Under the pieces are notes generated by a model. That model saw only the letters and a program-made list of their open reading frames with translations, was not told the origin of the DNA and did not search any database. 64,000 nt of DNA from a phage, in assembly GCA_024672275.1 (NCBI GenBank), contig GCA_024672275.1_4536.1. One strand, 5' to 3'. The translations under genes and the position numbers were made by a program. Positions 28,239-35,648 of this stretch are shown here, piece after piece (within the stretch, counting starts at the first letter, position 1; every line of letters starts with the position of its first letter).

Positions 28239-28790
28239 TTACTCTCCTTTGATTATTTTGTGATGGTCTACAGTCACGATATCTCGTTTACCCATCATAG
28301 AAATTATCTCATCAAAATGCAAGATTTTTCCGTGTGCATCCCAACCCACATCTAACATTTTACCATAAGCTTCATCAGGGAAAGATCCGTGGGAATGCCC
28401 GTGTAGCATGATTGATCCACGCCCTTGTTTATTCCAGGAGGCTATAGGGTAATGGCTTAAGACGAAGAACAGCTTCTGATATTTCACTTCGTCATAATAC
28501 ACCACTTCTCCATACTCTGCAAGCACTTCTCGGTGTTTGCTGTAATCATGGTTCCCAACACAGTAGGTGATATCTCCTTGGAGACGGGAAGCAATTTTAC
28601 GGGTATCTTCTTCAGTTCCGAAACAGAAGTCGCCCAAATGCCACATCTTAACACCAGGAGTAGTAGCACATTTGTTCCATGCTTCGATCAAGGCTTCTGT
28701 CATGTGGTCCATATCTTCCCACGGACGATATTCAGGAGCAAACTCTCGAATACGTTTATGCATAAAATGCAAATCGCTTGTAATAAACAT
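28239..28790 (-). CDS. calcineurin-like metallophosphoesterase
   Basis: SDLHFMH, LGDFCFG, GNHD, HGHSHG metal-binding motifs. Confidence 0.7.
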   Translation of the reverse strand: MFITSDLHFMHKRIREFAPEYRPWEDMDHMTEALIEAWNKCATTPGVKMWHLGDFCFGTEEDTRKIASRLQGDITYCVGNHDYSKHREVLAEYGEVVYYDEVKYQKLFFVLSHYPIASWNKQGRGSIMLHGHSHGSFPDEAYGKMLDVGWDAHGKILHFDEIISMMGKRDIVTVDHHKIIKGE

Positions 28791-29146
28791 TAGTATAATC
28801 CCTCGCTAAATAATTCATGGTCGTGACCATTACGCTCATGGTCGATCTGGTCCGCATTTTCCGCGATGATGTAAGCATCCGCACGACTCCACCAATTGTA
28901 ATACTGATCGATAAAGCCTTGATTATCTGGTGTGCACAAAGTTTTGTTGATTACACCTGCTTCTTTCAACACGCTTAACTGTGCATATAGTACAGGATTT
29001 GCATGTCGAACACAAGGAATAATTAACTCTTCACCATTATTCAAAATATACTTATTCGCAGCACAGACGATAACACGTTGCGCATAATGACCCTCACCAA
29101 TCCAGGTAAGAGGTTGGTAACAAATGTTGTTTTCAATACCACTCAT
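28790..29146 (-). CDS. hypothetical protein
   Basis: 118-aa ORF. Confidence 0.5.
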   Translation of the reverse strand: MSGIENNICYQPLTWIGEGHYAQRVIVCAANKYILNNGEELIIPCVRHANPVLYAQLSVLKEAGVINKTLCTPDNQGFIDQYYNWWSRADAYIIAENADQIDHERNGHDHELFSEGLY

Positions 29147-29152
29147 TGTTTC

Positions 29153-29296
29153 CTAATCCTCCTCTCTTAAGTTATCCTCGAAAAAACTAGTGTCTGGAAG
29201 TAAAAGATCATTACTTGTGTCGGGCCAATCCTCTTCTTCTCGGTAGATAAAGTAACCTTCGTCCTCTTCTTGTTCCGACCAAACCGAATGATGCAT
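29153..29296 (-). CDS. small very acidic protein (47 aa)
   Basis: Own translation MHHSVWSEQEEDEGYF...; AAGGAG RBS; not in track. Confidence 0.3.
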   Translation of the reverse strand: MHHSVWSEQEEDEGYFIYREEEDWPDTSNDLLLPDTSFFEDNLREED

Positions 29297-29305
29297 GTTT
29301 TCTCC

Positions 29306-29650
29306 TTAGTAGTGCACACGAATCATTTTAATACCATAACGCAGCATGGATTCTTTTGCAAGCATGAATTTATCCCCAGCGGCGGGATTAGAAGTATGCA
29401 CGAAAATGGTAGGTGAACCAAAGCAAGGTTTACCAAACGCCAGAAGTTCTTCCAGGTGCAGGAAAACATCATACCCATCTTGGTCTGACTCCATACCTAA
29501 ATCATTGTCAAAAGACCACTCGGTTACTCTTCGATACAGTTTAGCAGGATCATTGAGAAAGGTCATAGCTTCTTGTGACGTTTTAAACCAAATTGCGTCT
29601 TCCTGTCCATAGTCGGCTGGGTTCCGCATATCATCTATCCAAACTTTCAT
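29306..29650 (-). CDS. hypothetical protein
   Basis: 114-aa ORF. Confidence 0.5.
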   Translation of the reverse strand: MKVWIDDMRNPADYGQEDAIWFKTSQEAMTFLNDPAKLYRRVTEWSFDNDLGMESDQDGYDVFLHLEELLAFGKPCFGSPTIFVHTSNPAAGDKFMLAKESMLRYGIKMIRVHY

Positions 29651-29660
29651 ATAACCTCCT

Positions 29661-30131
29661 TTAAGCTGGCATGATCAAAAAAGAACTTTCCACTTCAAAA
29701 TGCCAATCATCAACAAGCCCTGATTCCCAATCTTTCTCTTCATGGAAAGAGCAAATCCAACGGTACATACCTGGCGGTGTATTCTCAACATCTTCTGGCA
29801 ACCCATAATCCAAAGCTGTCTTACCGTTCTCTGTAAAACCAGGATGGAGATTAGGAGCTTTCAGTACAGAAACCATACCTCCAACATCCACAGCTACGAT
29901 CCACTCTGTCATGTATGGGCTGTCATATTGAGGCTCATCAGAACCTACCTCAACAGCCTCTGTGCGTAAGATGATAATAGCCTGCTCTGTGATTGGGGCT
30001 TTGACAATATACCCGTGATCCTCAAAAAGATCGATAACCTCGAACTCATCGCCGTTTTCTACACCATAACTCTTATTCAAAGAGATAAACTTCGGGTTAT
30101 CATCGTAAGCTTTAGTTACTTTAATTCTCAT
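29661..30131 (-). CDS. hypothetical protein
   Basis: 156-aa ORF. Confidence 0.5.
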   Translation of the reverse strand: MRIKVTKAYDDNPKFISLNKSYGVENGDEFEVIDLFEDHGYIVKAPITEQAIIILRTEAVEVGSDEPQYDSPYMTEWIVAVDVGGMVSVLKAPNLHPGFTENGKTALDYGLPEDVENTPPGMYRWICSFHEEKDWESGLVDDWHFEVESSFLIMPA

Positions 30132-30352
30132 TTTTCCTCCTTCACTTTAACCTCAAATTCTACAGGATTACCCTCAATGTAAAAACACTGATACTCTGCC
30201 TTATCATCCTCATCATGAGGCCAAGTTACCAAAGAGTTATAGCAATCTTCTGGTGCTTTGAAGATGGTTTTAGTCTCCACAGTAACATTCCCATTGAGTG
30301 TTGCCAATACCACCCACCCAGCTACAGGGATCATAGTGCCTCCACTTTCCAC
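30128..30352 (-). CDS. hypothetical protein
   Basis: 74-aa ORF. Confidence 0.45.
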   Translation of the reverse strand: MESGGTMIPVAGWVVLATLNGNVTVETKTIFKAPEDCYNSLVTWPHDEDDKAEYQCFYIEGNPVEFEVKVKEEK

Positions 30353-30513
30353 GTTTTACCATTATCAACCAAGGTCTTTGCTACAGCATACTCCTTCCCA
30401 TTAACAAGGAAATAATAAACGATAAAAGATTTCCCGATTGTTACTGTCTTAGTAACCTCTACACGTTTAACACCTTGCATGTATTTTGCCTTACCGGAAT
30501 AGAGTAAAATCAT
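30331..30513 (-). CDS. hypothetical protein
   Basis: 60-aa ORF. Confidence 0.4.
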   Translation of the reverse strand: MILLYSGKAKYMQGVKRVEVTKTVTIGKSFIVYYFLVNGKEYAVAKTLVDNGKTWKVEAL

Positions 30514-30791
30514 TTTGCATTCCTCTTGTTGTTGATAACATCCATAGCAGTATATGGTTTATTAGTGCCATGATACTCCAGAATCATTGGAGAGCCTTCT
30601 TGCACTACTTCAAAGATACCATAAACAGAACTTTCAGCAAATACCATTTGCTTCGTGCCTTCATCGTTTACAACGAGAGAAAACTTCTTGCCTGTCCCGT
30701 TGAGGATCTCATATTTCTTGCCAGCAGTGAATAATCCAGAGTACCACTCATTATCTGTTGCTTTTACACACTTCAGGAAAGTCTTGATCAT
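30510..30791 (-). CDS. hypothetical protein
   Basis: 93-aa ORF. Confidence 0.45.
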   Translation of the reverse strand: MIKTFLKCVKATDNEWYSGLFTAGKKYEILNGTGKKFSLVVNDEGTKQMVFAESSVYGIFEVVQEGSPMILEYHGTNKPYTAMDVINNKRNAK

Positions 30792-31356
30792 TTCTTTTTA
30801 TCTCCTCTTTTAATCTATCTACTATACGAACATCATAGACGCCCTCTGTATACATGTCAATAACTTCTTCAAGATAAACTTTTTTAGCTTTTCTGTAAGC
30901 TTCTTTTGCTGCCTCTTCTGTAGAAAAACTTCCAAGATAGAAGCCCTTACCGAACTTACGGATGCTCGCTTGGTAGACCTTATCTCTCTTGTGATATGTA
31001 ACACCCCTATAAGATGTCGAACCCATAAGTGCAAAATTCACATACTCTGGTATAAAGACACACGTGCTTGGTGAATAAACTTTAGAATCGGAAAGAAAAT
31101 CCTTATCTAAAACTTTACCTTCCCAAGATTGACTCTCCATCCAGTTTTTGAAGTTAGAGAAGACCAACCATTCATCACAAACTTGAGCATTTTTGTATGC
31201 TGGCATCCTTGCCAACTGCTTCTCACAGTAACACCTACGCAACATATCCGTCCATCTCTCGTAATAAGGGCATGTCTTCCTTTTACCATCTTCTCCCCAA
31301 AAAGTAACTGGAACTTTTGAATCATTTATTCCTTTTCCGAACACTAGTTTTTTCAT
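30751..31356 (-). CDS. HNH-AP2-type homing endonuclease-like protein
   Basis: W..MLRRCY...VCDEW block plus YRGVTYHK...GKGFYLGSF AP2-like segment; paralog of 24419..25048. Confidence 0.5.
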   Translation of the reverse strand: MKKLVFGKGINDSKVPVTFWGEDGKRKTCPYYERWTDMLRRCYCEKQLARMPAYKNAQVCDEWLVFSNFKNWMESQSWEGKVLDKDFLSDSKVYSPSTCVFIPEYVNFALMGSTSYRGVTYHKRDKVYQASIRKFGKGFYLGSFSTEEAAKEAYRKAKKVYLEEVIDMYTEGVYDVRIVDRLKEEIKRNDQDFPEVCKSNR

Positions 31357-31675
31357 AAATTTTTAATACTCCGTTTTCTTTTGCACAGGTTGGTACTGTC
31401 TTAAGTCCTCTTCGTTTTGCATCTGGAAGATTGAGTGTCCACCATCCGAACCAATAAATTTGGTCTGCCGTGAGTGGTTCAGCCATTGGATCTGCCTCCT
31501 GCTCCTCAAGACGTTGCAACGCTTCTTCAATCTTCTCGATTGGTGTGTCAAAGACGAATGCCTCCGTATCAAATTTATCTTTCTTAGGAACTGATTTAGC
31601 TACTTTGAGAACCTCGTTTTTCGGTTTCTTAGTAACGTTCTTTGGCTTTGATAACTTCTTCGGTGTTTTCGCCAC
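31322..31675 (-). CDS. lysine-rich hypothetical protein
   Basis: 117 aa, basic N-terminus. Confidence 0.5.
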   Translation of the reverse strand: MAKTPKKLSKPKNVTKKPKNEVLKVAKSVPKKDKFDTEAFVFDTPIEKIEEALQRLEEQEADPMAEPLTADQIYWFGWWTLNLPDAKRRGLKTVPTCAKENGVLKIYEKTSVRKRNK

Positions 31676-31868
31676 TTACTACCTCCATACGATCTAAAAA
31701 GTCATTCACAAATCTCCAGTAACGTTGACCTGTTCTAAGATCTTCATAGATAACCACAGGATCAAACACTTTAGATATTCCGGCAGGTTTTGGAAATTCC
31801 ACTACTGTATATAAACCACCTTTTGCTACACAAGAATAGGTTACGCCTGTAATTGGATAGTTGCTCAT
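31629..31868 (-). CDS. hypothetical protein
   Basis: 79-aa ORF. Confidence 0.45.
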   Translation of the reverse strand: MSNYPITGVTYSCVAKGGLYTVVEFPKPAGISKVFDPVVIYEDLRTGQRYWRFVNDFLDRMEVVSGENTEEVIKAKERY

Positions 31869-32059
31869 TTCTTTACGTACTCCATGATTGGGGTATGGTC
31901 GCCAGTAAGCGTAACACGGCTGTAGGACACATCTTGTGTCTTCAGTGTATCAATCCACTCTAAGAAGTGTTCTTTCGCTTCTGTGTAGTTCTGTGTGCCT
32001 TTAACAACGTGTATACCATCTAGAGTTACACGGAATACCATTTGAATAACGTCTTTCAT
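31865..32059 (-). CDS. hypothetical protein
   Basis: 64-aa ORF. Confidence 0.45.
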   Translation of the reverse strand: MKDVIQMVFRVTLDGIHVVKGTQNYTEAKEHFLEWIDTLKTQDVSYSRVTLTGDHTPIMEYVKK

Positions 32060-32172
32060 TTCTTACCTCCTTTGTTGTCAAAATAACTTACCAGAATATC
32101 GTGAACCACACACATGGCAAAAATCAGAACAATTGTTGTCAGGACTGGATTCTCACTAATTAGTGCTATCAT
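32056..32172 (-). CDS. small membrane protein (38 aa)
   Basis: Start set to ATG (MIALISENPV) after GGAGGTGG RBS; hydrophobic core. Confidence 0.4.
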   Translation of the reverse strand: MIALISENPVLTTIVLIFAMCVVHDILVSYFDNKGGKK

Positions 32173-32479
32173 CTTTAACCACCTCCAATTGCCTTTCGAG
32201 TTTGACTTTGTTTGAGAACTGATAATGACACAACTTACATTGCATGTCAACAATCTGATCGTGATTTAACCCTACAATTTTAACTTCCTTTGCACCATGC
32301 CACTCCAAATACTCAAAACCATCCAAATGATTACTCTTGTCCAACAGGAATGCTATCTGCTGCCATTCAATCTGAATGTCATTTAAATGATATGCTGCAC
32401 AGAAGATATCCTCATAGTAAAAGACGATCATTGTCATTGCTTCGTCCAGCACAACTACCTCTTGTCTTGTAAATCTCAT
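32156..32479 (-). CDS. hypothetical protein (first gene of leftward transcription unit)
   Basis: 107 aa, TAGGAGG RBS. Confidence 0.5.
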   Translation of the reverse strand: MRFTRQEVVVLDEAMTMIVFYYEDIFCAAYHLNDIQIEWQQIAFLLDKSNHLDGFEYLEWHGAKEVKIVGLNHDQIVDMQCKLCHYQFSNKVKLERQLEVVKDDSTN

Positions 32480-32734
32480 TCTAGCCTCCTAAACGCGTCT
32501 CTGACGCACTTTTTATATATAAGATGATAAATCACCTTACCTAGTAAGTGAACTTGCTCTACGAGCCTCTTATGAAGCTTATGTTATAGGATATACTATT
32601 GCTACCTGTTTAAGCAAGGTTTTTGCACACAGAAAATAATTTTTAATAAAACTCTTGACTTTTGTGTTCGAAGTATGCTACCCTAGAAATCTATTAACGA
32701 GCGCAGCGAGTTAAGGTTTTAGGTTGTTGATGTA

Positions 32735-32766
32735 GTACTCTGTACTCAAGTACTGTACTCCGTACT
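32735..32766. repeat. five closely spaced GTACT direct repeats
   Basis: GTACT at 32735, 32742, 32750, 32755, 32762; related (A)GTACAG motifs recur at 32838-32868 and 32940-32950. Confidence 0.7.
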
Positions 32767-32770
32767 AGAT

Positions 32771-32820
32771 TAATAATTATTAAATATTAATAATTATTAA
32801 ATATTAATAATAAATAATTA
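32771..32820. repeat. AT-only 17-bp tandem repeat (taataattattaaatat x2 plus partial), ends in palindrome ttagatctaa
   Basis: Exact duplication 32771-32787 and 32788-32804. Confidence 0.8.
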
Positions 32821-32917
32821 TTAGATCTAACAAACAGGTACAGTGTATCAGAACTGGTACGTACAGATCAACTTCTATCAATTAAAAAATAAAATAATAA
32901 ATTATTATAAATAATAC

Positions 32918-32946
32918 TTGATCTATAGATCAGTATGAAGTACAGT
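32918..32946 (+). promoter_or_regulatory. candidate rightward promoter (TTGATC-17-TACAGT) overlapping 14-bp perfect palindrome TGATCTATAGATCA
   Basis: Palindrome 32919-32932 contains two GATC sites; strong RBS and ATG at 32979 downstream. Confidence 0.4.
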
Positions 32947-32978
32947 ACGTAACATCTTAACAAGAAGGGAGGTGTGCA

Positions 32979-33164
32979 ATGATTAGTGAGAATCCGTGCA
33001 AATGGCATCATGTGCCTATTAAAGATTGTATGTCTTGTAATCCACGTTCTATTTATAACATTGCATCTTATGATGATGACAATGTGTTAGACGATGATGA
33101 AGGCTGGGAGGATTTAGATTGGACTGGTTATGAAACCAAAAAGGATAAAATTATTCCTAGTTGA
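32979..33164 (+). CDS. small Cys-containing protein
   Basis: 61 aa, GGGAGGTG RBS. Confidence 0.5.
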   Translation: MISENPCKWHHVPIKDCMSCNPRSIYNIASYDDDNVLDDDEGWEDLDWTGYETKKDKIIPS

Positions 33165-33201
33165 CTTAAGATACCCTTCGTGCTAAACTAGAAGTGAGGA
33201 G

Positions 33202-33453
33202 ATGCCGATCACTCCCCATTTGGGGTTCGAAGGATATATGCAAAATAGCTTTTATTTTAGGTGCCGTGCTTGTAATAGGCATTTGACAAACCACTCCAGA
33301 CGTGATAAAAATGGAGTCATCAAGGAATCAGACCTCTGTTCTATTTGCACAGGTTTGGCTTTTGATGATAGTCCCGAAAGGGTTTATCAGCATCAATGTA
33401 TAACAGACGTTCTCGTGTCAAACTTGGTAGAGGACGAACAACTAACAGATTAG
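33202..33453 (+). CDS. small zinc-finger protein
   Basis: CRACN...CSICTG; GAGGAG RBS. Confidence 0.5.
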   Translation: MPITPHLGFEGYMQNSFYFRCRACNRHLTNHSRRDKNGVIKESDLCSICTGLAFDDSPERVYQHQCITDVLVSNLVEDEQLTD

Positions 33454-33460
33454 GAGGAAC

Positions 33461-33710
33461 AATGTCTCTATTAGAAAAACACGTGTTTGAAGATGGTAAC
33501 GGCAATGCAGTTTTTCTTTTCCATCCAGAAAAATACACATCTGAAAACAATGGTACAACTTCTATTGTAATCACTAAAGATGTTAAAGTTATTGATTTCT
33601 TGGCTCTGATGCGAGAGATGGATCTTGAAATTAATACTTTTAACGCAGAAGCTTTGGTTGTTGCTCTTCTGGAAAAGAAAGATAGTGAAGAAGTAGCAGA
33701 ATATGCTTAA
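33461..33710 (+). CDS. hypothetical protein
   Basis: Start at ATG after TTAGGAGG RBS (MSLLEKHVFEDG). Confidence 0.5.
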
Positions 33711-33717
33711 ATAACTA

Positions 33718-33747
33718 TTGACAAACGTATCCTTCATATGTTAGGAT
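33718..33747 (+). promoter_or_regulatory. sigma70-like promoter of ACTATTGACAA family (TTGACA-18-TAGGAT)
   Basis: aactattgacaa context and TG-containing spacer shared with other promoters in window. Confidence 0.45.
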
Positions 33748-33760
33748 ACGTTCATCAAGT

Positions 33761-33950
33761 GTGGTAACAGGGTCGTTGACTTTTGTTAAGAGGGGCTTGC
33801 ACTGCGGTAGTGTTAGAGACTACTTCTTCAGAGGTTAGCTACCAAAGAGGAAAAGGAATAGTCTCGGCTCAAGAACTTTTACGCTGAAAGTTGGGCTTGG
33901 TCTTAGAGAATGTAGCGGTTCTCTACAATCGTCAGCGTCTCTGTTACCAC
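33761..33950 (+). ncRNA. candidate structured leader / small RNA preceding first tRNA
   Basis: gtggtaacag at 33761 is exact reverse complement of ctgttaccac at 33941 (10-bp closing helix); internal hairpins; between promoter and tRNA. Confidence 0.3.
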
Positions 33951-33956
33951 ATTTAT

Positions 33957-34031
33957 GGCCCTGTAGCTCAATGGGAGAGCTGTCGGCTCATAACCGATAG
34001 GTAGCTGGATCGAAACCAGCCAGGGCCACCA
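33957..34031 (+). tRNA. tRNA with CAU anticodon (Met or lysidine-Ile), CCA encoded
   Basis: Hand-folded: 7-bp acceptor ggccctg/cagggcc, anticodon loop ctCATaa, T-loop atcgaaa. Confidence 0.7.
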
Positions 34032-34033
34032 AC

Positions 34034-34108
34034 GTCTTTATGGTGTAATGGATAGCACAGGAGTCTTCTAAACTCTTAGTCAAGGTTCGATTCCTTGTAA
34101 AGACACCA
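34034..34108 (+). tRNA. tRNA-Arg (anticodon UCU)
   Basis: Acceptor gtcttta/taaagac, loop ctTCTaa, T-arm caagg-ttcgatt-ccttg, CCA encoded. Confidence 0.7.
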
Positions 34109-34304
34109 GAACATTTTAACATGAATTAGCTCAAGTGATTTGAACCCACTACTGATCATGGTGGCAGAGAATGAGGCAAGTATGTCAGACATTATAAACA
34201 AAGGCCACGGTTATATTAGAAGACATAAATGCTCGAAGAGCACCGTTCGTTGAGAACGGTGGTTGGTGGAGTCACCATTCATGGTAAAATGTTTTAAAAA
34301 ACTA

Positions 34305-34334
34305 TTGACAACTAACATTATTTTATGTTAGATT
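34305..34334 (+). promoter_or_regulatory. sigma70-like promoter (TTGACA-18-TAGATT), ACTATTGACAA family
   Basis: About 8 nt upstream of tRNA-Ser 5' end. Confidence 0.5.
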
Positions 34335-34342
34335 ATAAGTAT

Positions 34343-34433
34343 GGAAGGGCAAATCGACGTGGCGACGAAAACGGTCTTGAAAACCGCCGAGCTTGAAAGA
34401 GCCTTGGGAGTTCGACTCTCCCTCCTTCCGCCA
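34343..34433 (+). tRNA. tRNA-Ser (anticodon UGA), class II
   Basis: Long variable arm, loop ctTGAaa, T-arm gggag-ttcgact-ctccc, discriminator G, CCA encoded. Confidence 0.7.
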
Positions 34434-34437
34434 GATT

Positions 34438-34523
34438 GGTAGATTGGTGAAATGGTAGCCACGACAGTTTGCTAAACTGTAGTCGGAAACGGCGTGTAGG
34501 TTCGAGTCCTACATCTACCGCCA
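34438..34523 (+). tRNA. tRNA-Ser (anticodon GCU), class II
   Basis: Acceptor ggtagat/atctacc, stem acagt/actgt, loop ttGCTaa, long variable arm, discriminator G. Confidence 0.7.
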
Positions 34524-34653
34524 AGTTCTTTTTAATATAGCTTACTTTAATAGAGTAAACTTTCGGCAGATGGCCCCCACCATCTTACCGATACCTCATA
34601 GTTAGTGGTGCGAACACTGGCTATTTTAAAAAGAATTTAAATATTAGTATTTA

Positions 34654-34741
34654 GGTGAGTTAATTCCGTAGGGGTAGCGGGGCAGACTGTAAATCTGTTA
34701 TCATTGCGATTCGGGTGGTTCGACTCCATCACTCACCACCA
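34654..34741 (+). tRNA. tRNA-Tyr (anticodon GUA), class II
   Basis: Acceptor ggtgagt/actcacc, loop ctGTAaa, long variable arm, CCA encoded. Confidence 0.65.
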
Positions 34742-34747
34742 AATTAA

Positions 34748-34833
34748 GATGAGTTGGCTGAACGGTTTAAGCGGCGGACTGTTAATCCGTGTTCGAAAGA
34801 ACGATATAGGTTCAAATCCTATACTCATCGCCA
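34748..34833 (+). tRNA. unusual tRNA: Asn-type anticodon arm (GUU) in a long-variable-arm (class II-like) scaffold, discriminator G
   Basis: 86 nt with CCA; stem gcgga/tccgt, loop ctGTTaa; 15-nt variable region gttc-gaaa-gaac. Confidence 0.55.
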
Positions 34834-34840
34834 GAATTAT

Positions 34841-34917
34841 GGACTTGTAGAGTTAAGGTAAACCCCCAGTCGCCAAGAGGCTTCTGGAATTGCAGGTATC
34901 GAATCCTGCCGAGTCCC
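34841..34917 (+). pseudogene. degenerate tRNA-like element
   Basis: Acceptor ggacttg/cgagtcc and T-arm-like gcagg...cctgc (8-nt loop) but no regular anticodon arm; no CCA. Confidence 0.3.
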
Positions 34918-34923
34918 AGCTTT

Positions 34924-34998
34924 GCTCCTATAGTATAATGGCTATTACAACGGTTTTGTAATCCGTGGATCTCTGTTCGATTCAGAGTGGGAGCACCA
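34924..34998 (+). tRNA. tRNA-Thr (anticodon UGU)
   Basis: Acceptor gctccta/tgggagc with one GU, D-arm gtataatggctattac, loop ttTGTaa, T-arm ctctg-ttcgatt-cagag, CCA. Confidence 0.6.
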
Positions 34999-35271
34999 AT
35001 ACAACATTAAGGGCACTGTGATTGATCGTCGTATCCTGTGCACAAGGTCTGCTCGAAAGACAGTGTTCTTAGTATTGTGTTGATCACACAAAGAGTTACC
35101 TGAAACTTGACCGGAGTAGGGTTGGATGGGGCAAAAGAAGAAGCGGCTCTCCCATCGACAGCAACGAAGAATAATATTTGACTTTGGTTTTGTATTATTT
35201 TAAGTTAGCTTACCGAACGTAGGGCTAGTCACCCAATGGGATACTCGTCACTGTCCCACTCAATAAAACTA

Positions 35272-35301
35272 TTGACAACCAATAGTAAAATGTAGTATAG
35301 T
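35272..35301 (+). promoter_or_regulatory. sigma70-like promoter (TTGACA-18-TATAGT), ACTATTGACAA family
   Basis: About 11 nt upstream of tRNA-Gly. Confidence 0.55.
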
Positions 35302-35312
35302 AAAGATGTAGG

Positions 35313-35386
35313 GCGTTCTTGGTGTAGCGGTAGCATTCCGTCCTTCCAAGTCGGCGGCACGAGTTCGATCCTCGTAGAACGCTCCA
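35313..35386 (+). tRNA. tRNA-Gly (anticodon UCC)
   Basis: Acceptor gcgttct/agaacgc, loop ctTCCaa, T-arm acgag-ttcgatc-ctcgt, discriminator U, CCA. Confidence 0.65.
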
Positions 35387-35484
35387 AATTATTTAATAAA
35401 GGGTTGCCAGAAAACTTTCTCTTTTACTCATGGTTTTCTCCTTCTCTCACACCTCTTCTGGTTGCCCTTCATTAAATGATTTAT

Positions 35485-35560
35485 TGGTTTGTAGTGTAGT
35501 CCGGTAGCACACGACACTTTGACTGTCGTAGGTTTGGTTCAAATCCAGACAGACCAGCCA
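35485..35560 (+). tRNA. tRNA-Gln (anticodon UUG)
   Basis: U1-A72 start, stem cgaca/tgtcg, loop ctTTGac, discriminator G, CCA. Confidence 0.7.
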
Positions 35561-35565
35561 TATAA

Positions 35566-35642
35566 CGGAATTTAGCTCAGTTTGGTAGAGCATACGCTTT
35601 GGGAGCGTAGGGTCGCAGGTTCGAATCCTGCAATTCCGACCA
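35566..35642 (+). tRNA. tRNA-Pro (anticodon UGG)
   Basis: C1-G72, D-arm gctcagtttggtagagc, stem tacgc/gcgta, loop ttTGGga, T-arm gcagg-ttcgaat-cctgc, CCA. Confidence 0.75.
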
Positions 35643-35648
35643 ATCAAA

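Noticed and set aside
32771-32820. Possible CRISPR array
   Set aside because: The repeats are 17-bp AT-only units in direct tandem with no spacers and no cas genes.
34109-34300. Possible additional tRNA between tRNA-Arg and tRNA-Ser
   Set aside because: No acceptor/T-arm combination could be folded; only a 6-bp hairpin (accgtt/aacggt). Left as unexplained spacer.
34333-34524. 63-aa minus-strand ORF from the track
   Set aside because: It lies across two tRNA-Ser genes; the peptide (GLEPT, VELPR) is the usual artefact of translating tRNA T-arms.
35447-35647. 66-aa minus-strand ORF from the track
   Set aside because: It overlaps tRNA-Gln and tRNA-Pro; same artefact.
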